Of a DNA stretch of 40,000 nt, positions 20,026-27,861 are shown one piece after another. Both the position numbers and the translations under genes were made by a program. Where the stretch lies: NCBI RefSeq assembly GCF_000737335.2, contig NZ_JMCC02000022.1, positions 30,242-70,241 on the forward strand, read 5' to 3'. Under the pieces are notes generated by a model. The model was not told where the DNA came from. It made no database searches and saw nothing but the letters and a program-made list of their open reading frames with translations. Every line of letters begins with the position of its first letter. Within the stretch, counting starts at the first letter, position 1. This DNA comes from Enhygromyxa salina. Its GTDB lineage: Bacteria > Myxococcota_A > Polyangia > Nannocystales > Nannocystaceae.

Positions 20026-20960
20026 CTGTCCATCTCGTCGCCAGCTGCACGGACCGAAAGCGTTCGAAGGTGCCACCTGAGCTGCGGCTCCGCGAACTCG
20101 CTGGCGGCTCAGTGAACGAACGCGTGCGCGGGTGGCTGACGACGTTGAGCAACTCGGCGACACCCGCTCTGCCAGCGCGCGAACTCTACGGCGGCGAGCA
20201 CTGGAAGCTCATCCTCGAACTCGAGAGCGAGTTGCGCGAGACTCGGGGAAATATCGAACTCTCCGTCGCCTCGGCCGGCTATGGCTTGGTGTCGGCCGAC
20301 GCGCACCTCAAGCCCTACTCCGCCACGTTCGCTGGACGCCAACCCGACTCGGTGGCTCAGAACCAGGACGATCGGTCTTCCACGTGGTGGGACGGGCTTT
20401 GCGCCGGTGGAGAATCTCCAAATTCTCTGCAAACTCTGATGAGCGGGGCCGAAGGTCTCGTCGTGATCGCATCTGCCAAGTACCTTCGGGCCATGCTGCC
20501 GGATCTCCTGCTCGCACGCGCCACACTGCCGGACCCTGGCAACCTGGTGGTCTTCGCCGGATCCAAGGTGGACGAACTGGAGAAGTCACTCATCCGGGTT
20601 GATGCGCGCGTCCAAGTCGCCCTCAAAGACGTGGGTGCGGACCGTCTGCGCGGTACCAAGCAAGGTCTCGCAGCCCGAACCGCGAAAGAGTTGTTGTGCC
20701 AGACCAAGACCTGGCCACCAACGGCCGCCGTGCTCAGTGAGGCGTACGAACGCCTCGTCGCTGGCGTCGCCCCACCCGAGGCGTTAGATCGTGAGCGCCA
20801 CGAGGATGACGACGTCTCAGCGTTCATTGCCAAGGCGCTGGACGAGAACCCGCGCGCTGGCTGGACTAACCTGCTACGCACCTGGCGAGCCCAAGGCCAG
20901 GCTTGCGAGCAATCACGCTTCCGTCGTCTCCACGGCGAAGTCAAGGCGCGGAGGTCCTGA
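20022..20960 (+). CDS. Hypothetical 312-aa protein embedded in the modification operon; the N-terminal pattern resembles the DUF6884 type
   Basis: Translationally coupled to folE2 (ATGA), with its stop 2 nt before the dpdA-like GTG. The pattern HLVASCTDRKR...ARELYGGEHW...SVASAGYGLVSADAHLKPYSATF recalls, from memory, the DUF6884 consensus (C-S-x-x-K, LY, SA-x-x-GL, PY). This is unverified. The C-terminal third is helical and basic. Confidence 0.55.
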   Translation: MTVHLVASCTDRKRSKVPPELRLRELAGGSVNERVRGWLTTLSNSATPALPARELYGGEHWKLILELESELRETRGNIELSVASAGYGLVSADAHLKPYSATFAGRQPDSVAQNQDDRSSTWWDGLCAGGESPNSLQTLMSGAEGLVVIASAKYLRAMLPDLLLARATLPDPGNLVVFAGSKVDELEKSLIRVDARVQVALKDVGADRLRGTKQGLAARTAKELLCQTKTWPPTAAVLSEAYERLVAGVAPPEALDRERHEDDDVSAFIAKALDENPRAGWTNLLRTWRAQGQACEQSRFRRLHGEVKARRS

Positions 20961-20962
20961 CC

Positions 20963-22243
20963 GTGCACTACTTCCTGCCAGACAGCCAAGACCTGGTCGA
21001 CCCGAGCTTCGACTTCGAAAAAGAGATCCGCAGTCCCGACCGTGTACGCCACCGCGACGATCGCTATGCCCACGAGGTGTTTGGCTCCCGGGCGTTCGAC
21101 GGCATCCTCGTGTCCAAGGGCATCGTGGACTCGAATGGCGGCACTGGCCGCTACACGGGTCCGCAGCGGCGCCGCTTCGATCGTGATGGCGTCAAGCGCT
21201 TCTTCCGGGCGCAAGGCCACGGTTGGGGCAAGCTGCGCTTCATGGGTGACTGCGGCGCGTTTACCTATGTGAAGGACGAGGTCCCGCCCTACACGGTCGA
21301 CGAGGTCATCGATTTCTACGTCCGGGGCAAGTTCGATCTCGGGGTTTCGGTCGACCACATCATCCTCAGCTACGACCCAGACTGGGACGCGTTCGGCAAT
21401 GCTTCGGTGCCACCGGAGGTGCTCGAGCGGCAGCGGATCACGTTCGAACTCGCGCGGGAGTTCATCAAGAAGGCTAAGAAAGCTGGTGGTTTCACACCTT
21501 TGGGTGTCGCCCAGGGTTGGAGCCCATCCTCGTACGCGCACGCGGTCAAGCAGCTGCAGAAGATGGGCTACAAGTACATTGCGATCGGCGGCGTGGTACC
21601 GCTCAAGACTCACAAGCTGATCCACGTGCTCGATCAGATCAACGCGATACGCAACCGCGGCGTGAAGCTCCACCTCTTGGGCGTGACGCGCCTCGAGAAG
21701 ATCGCAGACTTCCGCTCGTACGGAGTCGCCAGCTTCGACAGCACGTCGCCGCTGCGTCGCGCGTGGCTGGACAACAAGGTCAATTATTTCACGCCTGATC
21801 GCTCCTACACGGCGGTTCGGGTGCCCCAGGTCGACGGCAACGTGCGTCTGCAAAAGCGCATTCGAGCGGGCGAGGTCAAGCAAGAGCACGCGCTCAAGGC
21901 CGAGGCCAAGTGCCTCAAGTACCTCGCGGAACTCGATGCTGGCAAACGAAGCGCAGCGTCTGTGGTCAAGGCTCTGACGGAGTACGAGCGCATTCACGAT
22001 CCGGGCGGCGACCGCTCGGAGCCGTACCGCGAGGTGCTCACCGATCAGCCCTGGAAGGCCTGTAAGTGTGAGGTGTGCATGCGGCTCGGACATCACGTGA
22101 TCATGTTTCGAGGCGCCGAGCGCAACCGCCGACGTGGTTTCCACAACGTGGCGGTGTTCTATCAGCAGCTACTGCAGGAACTTGCGCGACCCAAGCGTCG
22201 TAACCCCGCGCGCGAGCCCGAGCAACAACTCCTGAGTGTCTAG
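20963..22243 (+). CDS. dpdA: DpdA-like DNA-guanine transglycosylase (TGT superfamily)
   Basis: N-terminus (M)HYFLPDSQDLVDPSFDF when started at GTG 20963. The TIM-barrel-like core carries MGDCGAFTY, GVSVDHII, AIGGVVPL, HLLGV and SFDSTSP. A TGT-type zinc motif CKCEVC...H lies at nt 22061-22078. The length of about 426 aa fits. The genomic context is folE2 upstream and a DGQHR protein downstream. Confidence 0.8.
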   Translation: MHYFLPDSQDLVDPSFDFEKEIRSPDRVRHRDDRYAHEVFGSRAFDGILVSKGIVDSNGGTGRYTGPQRRRFDRDGVKRFFRAQGHGWGKLRFMGDCGAFTYVKDEVPPYTVDEVIDFYVRGKFDLGVSVDHIILSYDPDWDAFGNASVPPEVLERQRITFELAREFIKKAKKAGGFTPLGVAQGWSPSSYAHAVKQLQKMGYKYIAIGGVVPLKTHKLIHVLDQINAIRNRGVKLHLLGVTRLEKIADFRSYGVASFDSTSPLRRAWLDNKVNYFTPDRSYTAVRVPQVDGNVRLQKRIRAGEVKQEHALKAEAKCLKYLAELDAGKRSAASVVKALTEYERIHDPGGDRSEPYREVLTDQPWKACKCEVCMRLGHHVIMFRGAERNRRRGFHNVAVFYQQLLQELARPKRRNPAREPEQQLLSV

Positions 22244-22247
22244 GTCC

Positions 22248-23372
22248 ATGCCCAAGTCCCGTTCAGTGATCAAGGTCCCGGCGATGGAGATCCATCAATC
22301 GCCGGGACGCAAACTCTACACCTTCGCGATCGACGGCAAGCACGTCTACGACTTTGCGGACGTCTCCCGCATCCGGCGCAACGAGAAGACCGAACTCGAA
22401 GGCTACCAACGGCCTGAAGTCATCGCGCACATCCAGGAGATCAAAGAGTATATCGAGAGTGACTCCCCGATGCTTCCCAACGGCGTGGTGGTCGCCTTCG
22501 ATTCGCGGGTGAAGTTCAAGCGCGTCAAGACCACAGAACTCGACATGGGCACCGATACTGCGATGGGTGTGCTCGAGATTCCCGTTGGAGAGGATCCCAA
22601 GCGCGGACGCGTGGGGTTCATTGTTGATGGGCAACAACGGCTGGCTGCCATTCGGGGGGCGAAGATCAAAAAGTTCATGGTGCTGGTGTCCGCGTTCATT
22701 ACTGATGATCTGCGCCAACAAACGGAGCAGTTCATCCTCGTCAACTCGACCAAACCGCTGCCCAAGGGGTTGATCTACGAGTTGATCCCGCACACCGATG
22801 CAAGGTTGCCGACCGCGCTGCACCGACGCCGACTCGCTGCATTTTTGCTCGAGCGGCTCAACCATGAACAAGGGTCGCCGCTCCACAAGATGATCCGCAC
22901 CCCGACGGCGCCGGACGGGGTGATCAAGGATAATTCGATGCTCAAGATGCTGGGCAACAGCCTGAGCGACGGGGTGCTCTACGAGTTTCGGGATCGCAAT
23001 GAGCTGACCGACGAGTCCGTGGCCGAGATGCTTGCGCTGCTTCAACGGTTCTGGGGCGCAGTGAGCGAGACTTTTCCTGACGCGTGGGGAAAGAAGCCGC
23101 GTGAGTCGAGGTTGATGCACGGTGCGGGGATCGTGAGCATCGGCAACTTGATGGATCACATCGCCTCGCAGCGAACCCGCCGCTCGACGATTCCCTCGCA
23201 ACAGTACTTTCGGAAGCACCTCTCGCTGGTTGCACCCGAGTGCGCATGGACAGATGGGGACTGGCGCTTCGACGACGACGACGTGCGGAGCTGGAATCAG
23301 ATCCAGAATACGCGGCAGGATGTCGAGATGCTGACGGACTTCTTGCAGCGGGCGTACGACGCCTCGGCGTAG
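22248..23372 (+). CDS. dpdB: DGQHR-domain (ParB/DndB-like) protein, DpdB-like
   Basis: The DGQHR-type motif FIVDGQQRLAAI is present (GAT GGG CAA CAA CGG at nt 22626-22640). It lies immediately downstream of the dpdA-like gene. Start ATG 22248 is 4 nt after the dpdA stop, and GTG 22236 is an alternative. Confidence 0.8.
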   Translation: MPKSRSVIKVPAMEIHQSPGRKLYTFAIDGKHVYDFADVSRIRRNEKTELEGYQRPEVIAHIQEIKEYIESDSPMLPNGVVVAFDSRVKFKRVKTTELDMGTDTAMGVLEIPVGEDPKRGRVGFIVDGQQRLAAIRGAKIKKFMVLVSAFITDDLRQQTEQFILVNSTKPLPKGLIYELIPHTDARLPTALHRRRLAAFLLERLNHEQGSPLHKMIRTPTAPDGVIKDNSMLKMLGNSLSDGVLYEFRDRNELTDESVAEMLALLQRFWGAVSETFPDAWGKKPRESRLMHGAGIVSIGNLMDHIASQRTRRSTIPSQQYFRKHLSLVAPECAWTDGDWRFDDDDVRSWNQIQNTRQDVEMLTDFLQRAYDASA

Positions 23373-23477
23373 CAGCGCGGGCCACAGGCTGCGAAACAAC
23401 AACGCGATGACGCCGACGACGATGGCGTCCCCAATGATCAATCGTCTCCGCCCACCTCCACGGCGCCCCCGGAAGCG

Positions 23478-24602
23478 CTACAGCGTCAGCACCGTCTCGA
23501 GTTGGTTGAAGACCGCCTTGCGCCACTGCGCGAGCTCCCCTTCCCCATCCAGCAGCTGCTCGGTCGCGCGCAGCACCGCCGGTAGATCAACCACGAAGCA
23601 ATACGGGTCGTCAGCCGAGCGCGTCGCAATCTCGGCCGGCAGCTCGCTCGGAGGCAGCCACGCGACCATCACCCGCGTGCGCCCTGCGATCAACGCCCGC
23701 ACAGCGACGTTGGCCAGCCGCGAGCCAAGCAGACGATCGAAGGCCGACGGCCGACCACCCCGAACGACGTGGCCCAGCACGGTCACGCGGGTCTCGACCG
23801 GGTGCTCGGGGTCGCCGCGGCGCGCGAGCTCCTCGTCGACCCTGCGCTTGAGCTCGGTCGTTGGCAGCCGCACGCCCTCGGCTGTAATCGCAATCACCCG
23901 CCGGTCCCGAACCGCCCGCTTGCGCACCGCCGCGACCGCCCGGACCACGTCGGCGACCAGCTCCTCGTCGCTGCGCTCGGCCTCGGGGAACAGCACCAGA
24001 TCCGCCCCGGCCGCGACCGCCGAGGTCATCGCCAGGTAGCCACATTCGCGGCCCATGACCTCGACCAAGAAGGTGCGATCGTGGGCCGAGGCCGTATCGG
24101 CGATCTTGTCGCAAGCCTCGACGATCGTGTTCATCGCCGTGTCCGCGCCGATCGAGAGGCTGGTCAGCGCGAGATCATTGTCGATCGAGGCCGGGATGCC
24201 GACGACCCGCGGGGCGTGCTCGCCGGCCTCGTCGGGATCCGAGAGCGCCAGGGCCCCGGCCAGCGATCCATTGCCGCCGATCACCACGAGCCCCGAGATC
24301 CCACGCGCAGCCAGGACCGCCCGCGCGCGGTCGCGGGTGGCCTGCTCGTGAAATGCCTTGCAGCGAGCGGAGCCCAGCATCGTGCCGCCCTCGCGGACGA
24401 TCCGCTGGACGTCGCGGGGGCCGAGCGGCTCGAGCTCGTCTGCGATCAAGCCTTGGTAGCCATGCCGCACGCCGTACACCTCCCAGCCAGCCGCGGTCGC
24501 AACCAGGGTCGCCGCGCGCACGGCCGCGTTCATGCCCGGCGCATCGCCGCCGCTGGTCAACACCGCGAGTCGTTGGTTTGGGGGATTCGTGGTTTGGCTC
24601 AT
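23478..24602 (-). CDS. pfkA: ATP-dependent 6-phosphofructokinase
   Basis: N-terminus LAVLTSGGDAPGMNAAVRA, plus GIPASIDNDL, MGRECGYLA and TVLGHVVRGG. The 374-aa length is canonical for the PfkA family. Confidence 0.9.
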   Translation of the reverse strand: MSQTTNPPNQRLAVLTSGGDAPGMNAAVRAATLVATAAGWEVYGVRHGYQGLIADELEPLGPRDVQRIVREGGTMLGSARCKAFHEQATRDRARAVLAARGISGLVVIGGNGSLAGALALSDPDEAGEHAPRVVGIPASIDNDLALTSLSIGADTAMNTIVEACDKIADTASAHDRTFLVEVMGRECGYLAMTSAVAAGADLVLFPEAERSDEELVADVVRAVAAVRKRAVRDRRVIAITAEGVRLPTTELKRRVDEELARRGDPEHPVETRVTVLGHVVRGGRPSAFDRLLGSRLANVAVRALIAGRTRVMVAWLPPSELPAEIATRSADDPYCFVVDLPAVLRATEQLLDGEGELAQWRKAVFNQLETVLTL

Positions 24603-24632
24603 CTATCTTGCGCTCGAATTTCAGCTCGGGAT

Positions 24633-25595
24633 TCAGCTCGCGCGAGGCTTCTCGCCCGGCTGTGGGCCGCGTTCGTAGGCCGGTTCACTGTTGGCATCGA
24701 ACTGGCTACGGACCGCCTGCAGCCACGCCTGCAGCTGCGGATCCTCGCGGCCTCGCGCGAAGTCGGCCGCCACCGCGATGATCGGGTGAGCCAAGCTGCC
24801 AAGGCCCGCCACCACCTCGAACGCGGCCGCGCGCACGCTGGGCTCGCCCTCGTGCTCGATGATCCGCAACAAAGCGGCCCCGAGCTGGCCAGCGTCGCGG
24901 CCGTGCTCGTGCAGGCGCTCGAGCGCGCGGCGGCGATCATTGGGCTCGGCGCTGGCCAGCGCCCGCCCCAGATCGGCCCGACGCGTCGGCGTCCACGGCT
25001 GCTCCCCCCGATCGAGCGCGGCGCTAGCGAACGGCAGCGGGATCACGCGCGCGTCGACCCCAAGCGTGAACAAGCTGATCAGCCGGGTCCCGAGCGCGTC
25101 GCGGCGCTCGCTCAGCTCGGTGAACAGCTGCTCGCCCGTGCCCTCGGGCTCGGGCTCGAGCTCGAGCTGGCGCAGGCTGATCGGCGTGCGGCCCAAGCGG
25201 CTCGCGTCGTCGCCAAGCAACAACGCCACGCAGGCCCGCAGCCGGTTCGCGTCGCCGCGCAGCTGCAGGCGCAGCACGAAGGGGGCGTCCGGCCGACCCA
25301 GCAGCGCGGCCAGGCGATCGGGTGTGGCCCGGGCGAGCTGGATGTCGGCGATCAGCCCGCGCTCACGCACCACGTGCGGGCGCCCGAGCGCGGGATCGTC
25401 CGCGAGCACCAAGCGAGATCCCAGCCGCCCGCGCAGCGCCCGCGCCCGGCTTCGGAGGATCTGCCGCTCGGGCCGGGCCAGGCCGCCCGCGTCCACACGC
25501 ACGCGAACCGCCAGCCACTCGCCGAGCGGGTCCCCCTGGGCCTGGAGTCGATCGGCGATCACGGGGATCTCGGCCAGCTGATCGACGTCCCACAC
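24633..25595 (-). CDS. Hypothetical protein (320 aa) with HEAT-like C-terminal repeats; the N-terminus loosely recalls the TIGR02996 repeat-companion motif
   Basis: The N-terminal ADRLQAQGDPLGEWLAVRV resembles the ADWLEExGDPRGEFI-type motif. The C-terminal DRRRALERLHEHG...EPSVRAAAFEVVAGLG looks HEAT-like. It ends 30 nt upstream of pfkA on the same strand. Confidence 0.45.
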   Translation of the reverse strand: MWDVDQLAEIPVIADRLQAQGDPLGEWLAVRVRVDAGGLARPERQILRSRARALRGRLGSRLVLADDPALGRPHVVRERGLIADIQLARATPDRLAALLGRPDAPFVLRLQLRGDANRLRACVALLLGDDASRLGRTPISLRQLELEPEPEGTGEQLFTELSERRDALGTRLISLFTLGVDARVIPLPFASAALDRGEQPWTPTRRADLGRALASAEPNDRRRALERLHEHGRDAGQLGAALLRIIEHEGEPSVRAAAFEVVAGLGSLAHPIIAVAADFARGREDPQLQAWLQAVRSQFDANSEPAYERGPQPGEKPRAS

Positions 25596-25647
25596 GCGCG
25601 CCCAGGATAGCCCAAGCGCAACACGGATCGGCTATGATCGCGGCCCC

Positions 25648-27795
25648 GTGTTCAAGGATCTCGAGACTCCGCAGCTGGTCATGATGTTGATGGGCTTCGC
25701 CGGCATGCTGGGCTTTGCCGGGCTCGCGCTGTGGCTGTTGCGGGCGCAGAGGCGTCAGGCGCCGCAGGCCGGCTCCGCGGGTGCCGTGTCGAGATCCCAG
25801 CCGCAGGCGGCTCCTGCCCCCGTGATTTCGCCGCCGCCCGAGCCCTACGATCCCACGGAGTTCATCGCGATCCCGGGTCAGCGCGAGCTCGACTCTCCGC
25901 TCGCCGCGGGGGTCGGCGCCGAGAGCGTCGAGGCGTTCTCAGATCAGCACGCGGACACCGAGTTTGCGCCGCGAGACAAGACCGAGTTCATCGCGGCGCC
26001 CCTCGGTGGTCGACCTGATCCCGATCCCGATCCCTTTGCACATACAGCGATGGTGGCCAGCGCCGAGCTGCGCGAGCGCCAACGACTGGCGGCCCAACCA
26101 GCGCCCGACTCGGAGAAGACCGCCTTCGTCGCGCCGCCACCTCCCGACGACAAGACCGAATTCATCACGCCGCCGCACGCTCGCGAGCCCGCGCCCGACA
26201 AGACCGAATTCATCACGCCGCCGCACGCCCGTGCGCCCGCGCCGGACACCACGGGCTTCGTCGCGCCGCCACCTCCCGACGACAAGACGGCATTCGTCGC
26301 GCCGCCGCCTCCCGACGACAAGACGGCATTCGTCGCGCCGCCGCCTCCCGACGACAAGACGGCATTCGTCGCGCCGCCCGAGCCCGCTCCAGACCGGACC
26401 GCCTTCATCACGCCACCGCACGCGCGGGCGCCCGCGCCAGACCCGACCAGCTTCGTCCCGGCACCACCCGCGCGCGCGCCCGCGCCAGACCCGACCAGCT
26501 TCGTCCCGGCACCACCCGCGCTCGCGCCTCCCGTCGCGCCCCCGAGTCCGCAGATGATCGAGCGCCCAGGCCCGGTCCCGGACCCACCGCAGAAGTCCGT
26601 CATCCCGTCGGCCCCCGCAGCGCCGATCAGCGCTCGCCCGTCGGCGCCCTCGATCGATCTGAACGAGCACTTTGCCCTGGCCGCCGCCGCCTTCGAGCAG
26701 CTGCAGACCGCGACCACCAGCGCGTCCCTGCAAGCCTGGCGCGGCCACGTAGAGGTGCTGGCCTCGGTCCCGGGCGAGCAGCTCGCGGCCCACCTGCGTC
26801 CGCACCTGAGCGCGCTACCCAGCCACCGCGCTGCGGCGGCGCTGCTGGCCCTGCTGCACAGCAAGTCGTGGCCGGCCAGGCGCGCGTTTCCGCAGCTGCT
26901 GGCCGAGCTCGAGCCCGACGCTCGAACTGGCGCGCTGGTGGTCCTGCGGTCCTGGAATGACCCCCGCGCGCTTGCGATCGCCGTCGCCGCGCTCGCGCTG
27001 GCCGACACCGATGAGCTGCGCGCGACCTGGCTCGAGTGCTTCGCGGATCACGGGTGGGACCCCGGCGCCGAGGCGATCGACGCCGCGCTCACCCACGCGA
27101 ATCCGCAGGTCGTCAGCGCGGGCCTGCGCGCCCTCCCCCACTGCGCGACCGCGTCCAGCCTCGAGCCCAAGCTGGCCAACCACGTGTTCGCCCCGGATCC
27201 TCGGGTGCGCGCCCAGGCGATCGAGACCTCGCTGCTGTTCGCAAACAACAGCGCGTGGTTGGTCTGCCACCAGCTCGCCCGCAACCCCAGCTTCCCCGGC
27301 GCGGCCGAGCTCGCCGGGCTGCTCGGCACCCAAGCAGAGATCGAGAAGCTGTGCGCGGCGCTCGTGGCCAGCCCCACCCCCGCGCTGCTGCGGGGGCTTG
27401 GGCTCTCGGGCCGCCACGTGGTCCTGGACGTCTGCGTGGGTCATTTCGACGACGAGGATGCAGACATGGCCGCAGCCGCGCGCGCGTCCCTGCAGGCCGC
27501 CGCTGGGCGCAGCTTCGCGGATGCCCCGGAGGCCAAGACCTGGCTCGCCGCCCAACCCAGCGCGCGACTGCTCGGCGGCGCGGTGCGATCGGGCAAGCAG
27601 GTGTTGGCGACCCTCGCGTCCGCGCAGCCGCCCCTGCGCCGCGCGATCGCTCGTGAGCTGCGGCTCCGCACCCGCGCCCGCGTGCACCTCGACGTCGACA
27701 CCCTGCCCGACGCGTGGCGCCACCAGATCGAGCAGCTGAGCCACAACGAAGCATTTGGCGCGATCGACTTCGATCGCGGGTTTCCGTGGGTCTGA
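25648..27795 (+). CDS. Membrane-anchored protein (715 aa): N-terminal TM helix, a proline-rich array of (D/P)xTxF(I/V)xxP motifs, and C-terminal HEAT-like repeats
   Basis: TM helix LVMMLMGFAGMLGFAGLALWLL. About 13 motif copies are present (DPTEFIAIP, DKTEFIAAP, EKTAFVAPP, DKTEFITPP x2, DTTGFVAPP, DKTAFVAPP x3, DRTAFITPP, DPTSFVPAP x2). The C-terminal segments NPQVVSAGLRALPH and PDPRVRAQAIETSL look HEAT-like. Confidence 0.7.
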   Translation: MFKDLETPQLVMMLMGFAGMLGFAGLALWLLRAQRRQAPQAGSAGAVSRSQPQAAPAPVISPPPEPYDPTEFIAIPGQRELDSPLAAGVGAESVEAFSDQHADTEFAPRDKTEFIAAPLGGRPDPDPDPFAHTAMVASAELRERQRLAAQPAPDSEKTAFVAPPPPDDKTEFITPPHAREPAPDKTEFITPPHARAPAPDTTGFVAPPPPDDKTAFVAPPPPDDKTAFVAPPPPDDKTAFVAPPEPAPDRTAFITPPHARAPAPDPTSFVPAPPARAPAPDPTSFVPAPPALAPPVAPPSPQMIERPGPVPDPPQKSVIPSAPAAPISARPSAPSIDLNEHFALAAAAFEQLQTATTSASLQAWRGHVEVLASVPGEQLAAHLRPHLSALPSHRAAAALLALLHSKSWPARRAFPQLLAELEPDARTGALVVLRSWNDPRALAIAVAALALADTDELRATWLECFADHGWDPGAEAIDAALTHANPQVVSAGLRALPHCATASSLEPKLANHVFAPDPRVRAQAIETSLLFANNSAWLVCHQLARNPSFPGAAELAGLLGTQAEIEKLCAALVASPTPALLRGLGLSGRHVVLDVCVGHFDDEDADMAAAARASLQAAAGRSFADAPEAKTWLAAQPSARLLGGAVRSGKQVLATLASAQPPLRRAIARELRLRTRARVHLDVDTLPDAWRHQIEQLSHNEAFGAIDFDRGFPWV
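26113..26523 (+). repeat. In-frame coding tandem repeats, with 36-bp and 48-bp units, encoding the proline-rich motif array
   Basis: The 36-bp unit ttcgtcgcgccgcc(a/g)cctcccgacgacaagacggca occurs three times at 26257-26364, with a partial fourth copy to 26378. A 48-bp unit gcgcccgcgccagacccgaccagcttcgtcccggcaccacccgcgc starts at 26428 and again at 26476. Related gacaagaccgaattcatcacgccgccgcacgc copies lie at about 26149-26230. Confidence 0.9.
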
Positions 27796-27861
27796 TCCGC
27801 TCCGCGCATTGACCCGGCCACCAGAGCCCAGGCGAGGTATCAGCTCTGGTACCTTGCTGAT

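Noticed and set aside
20357-22144. 595-aa ORF on the minus strand
   Set aside because: It runs fully antisense to the dpdA-like and 312-aa genes. Its composition is Arg/Ala/Val-rich with no motifs. This is a typical shadow ORF of high-GC DNA, whereas the plus-strand genes carry clear family motifs.
22263-23441. 392-aa minus-strand ORF opposite dpdB. The same applies to 4065-5315, 6556-7662, 7735-8847 and 2279-3370 opposite the helicase operon.
   Set aside because: All lie antisense to genes that have strong motif support and tight translational coupling. None shows motifs or plausible start contexts.
23769-25610. 613-aa ORF on the plus strand
   Set aside because: It is antisense to pfkA, whose identity is unambiguous, and to the following gene. 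It is an Arg/Gly/Pro-rich shadow ORF.
26257-26378. Regular 36-bp repeats considered as a possible CRISPR array
   Set aside because: The repeats are directly tandem with no spacers. They are in frame within a long ORF, they encode a PPPPDDKTAFVA peptide repeat, and no cas genes are nearby.
27809-27849. TTGACC box and a 7-bp inverted repeat (ccagagc/gctctgg) upstream of the CotH-like gene, considered as a promoter or terminator
   Set aside because: No acceptable -10 element sits at 16-19 nt spacing, and the hairpin has a 15-nt loop and no U-tract. The evidence is too weak to annotate.
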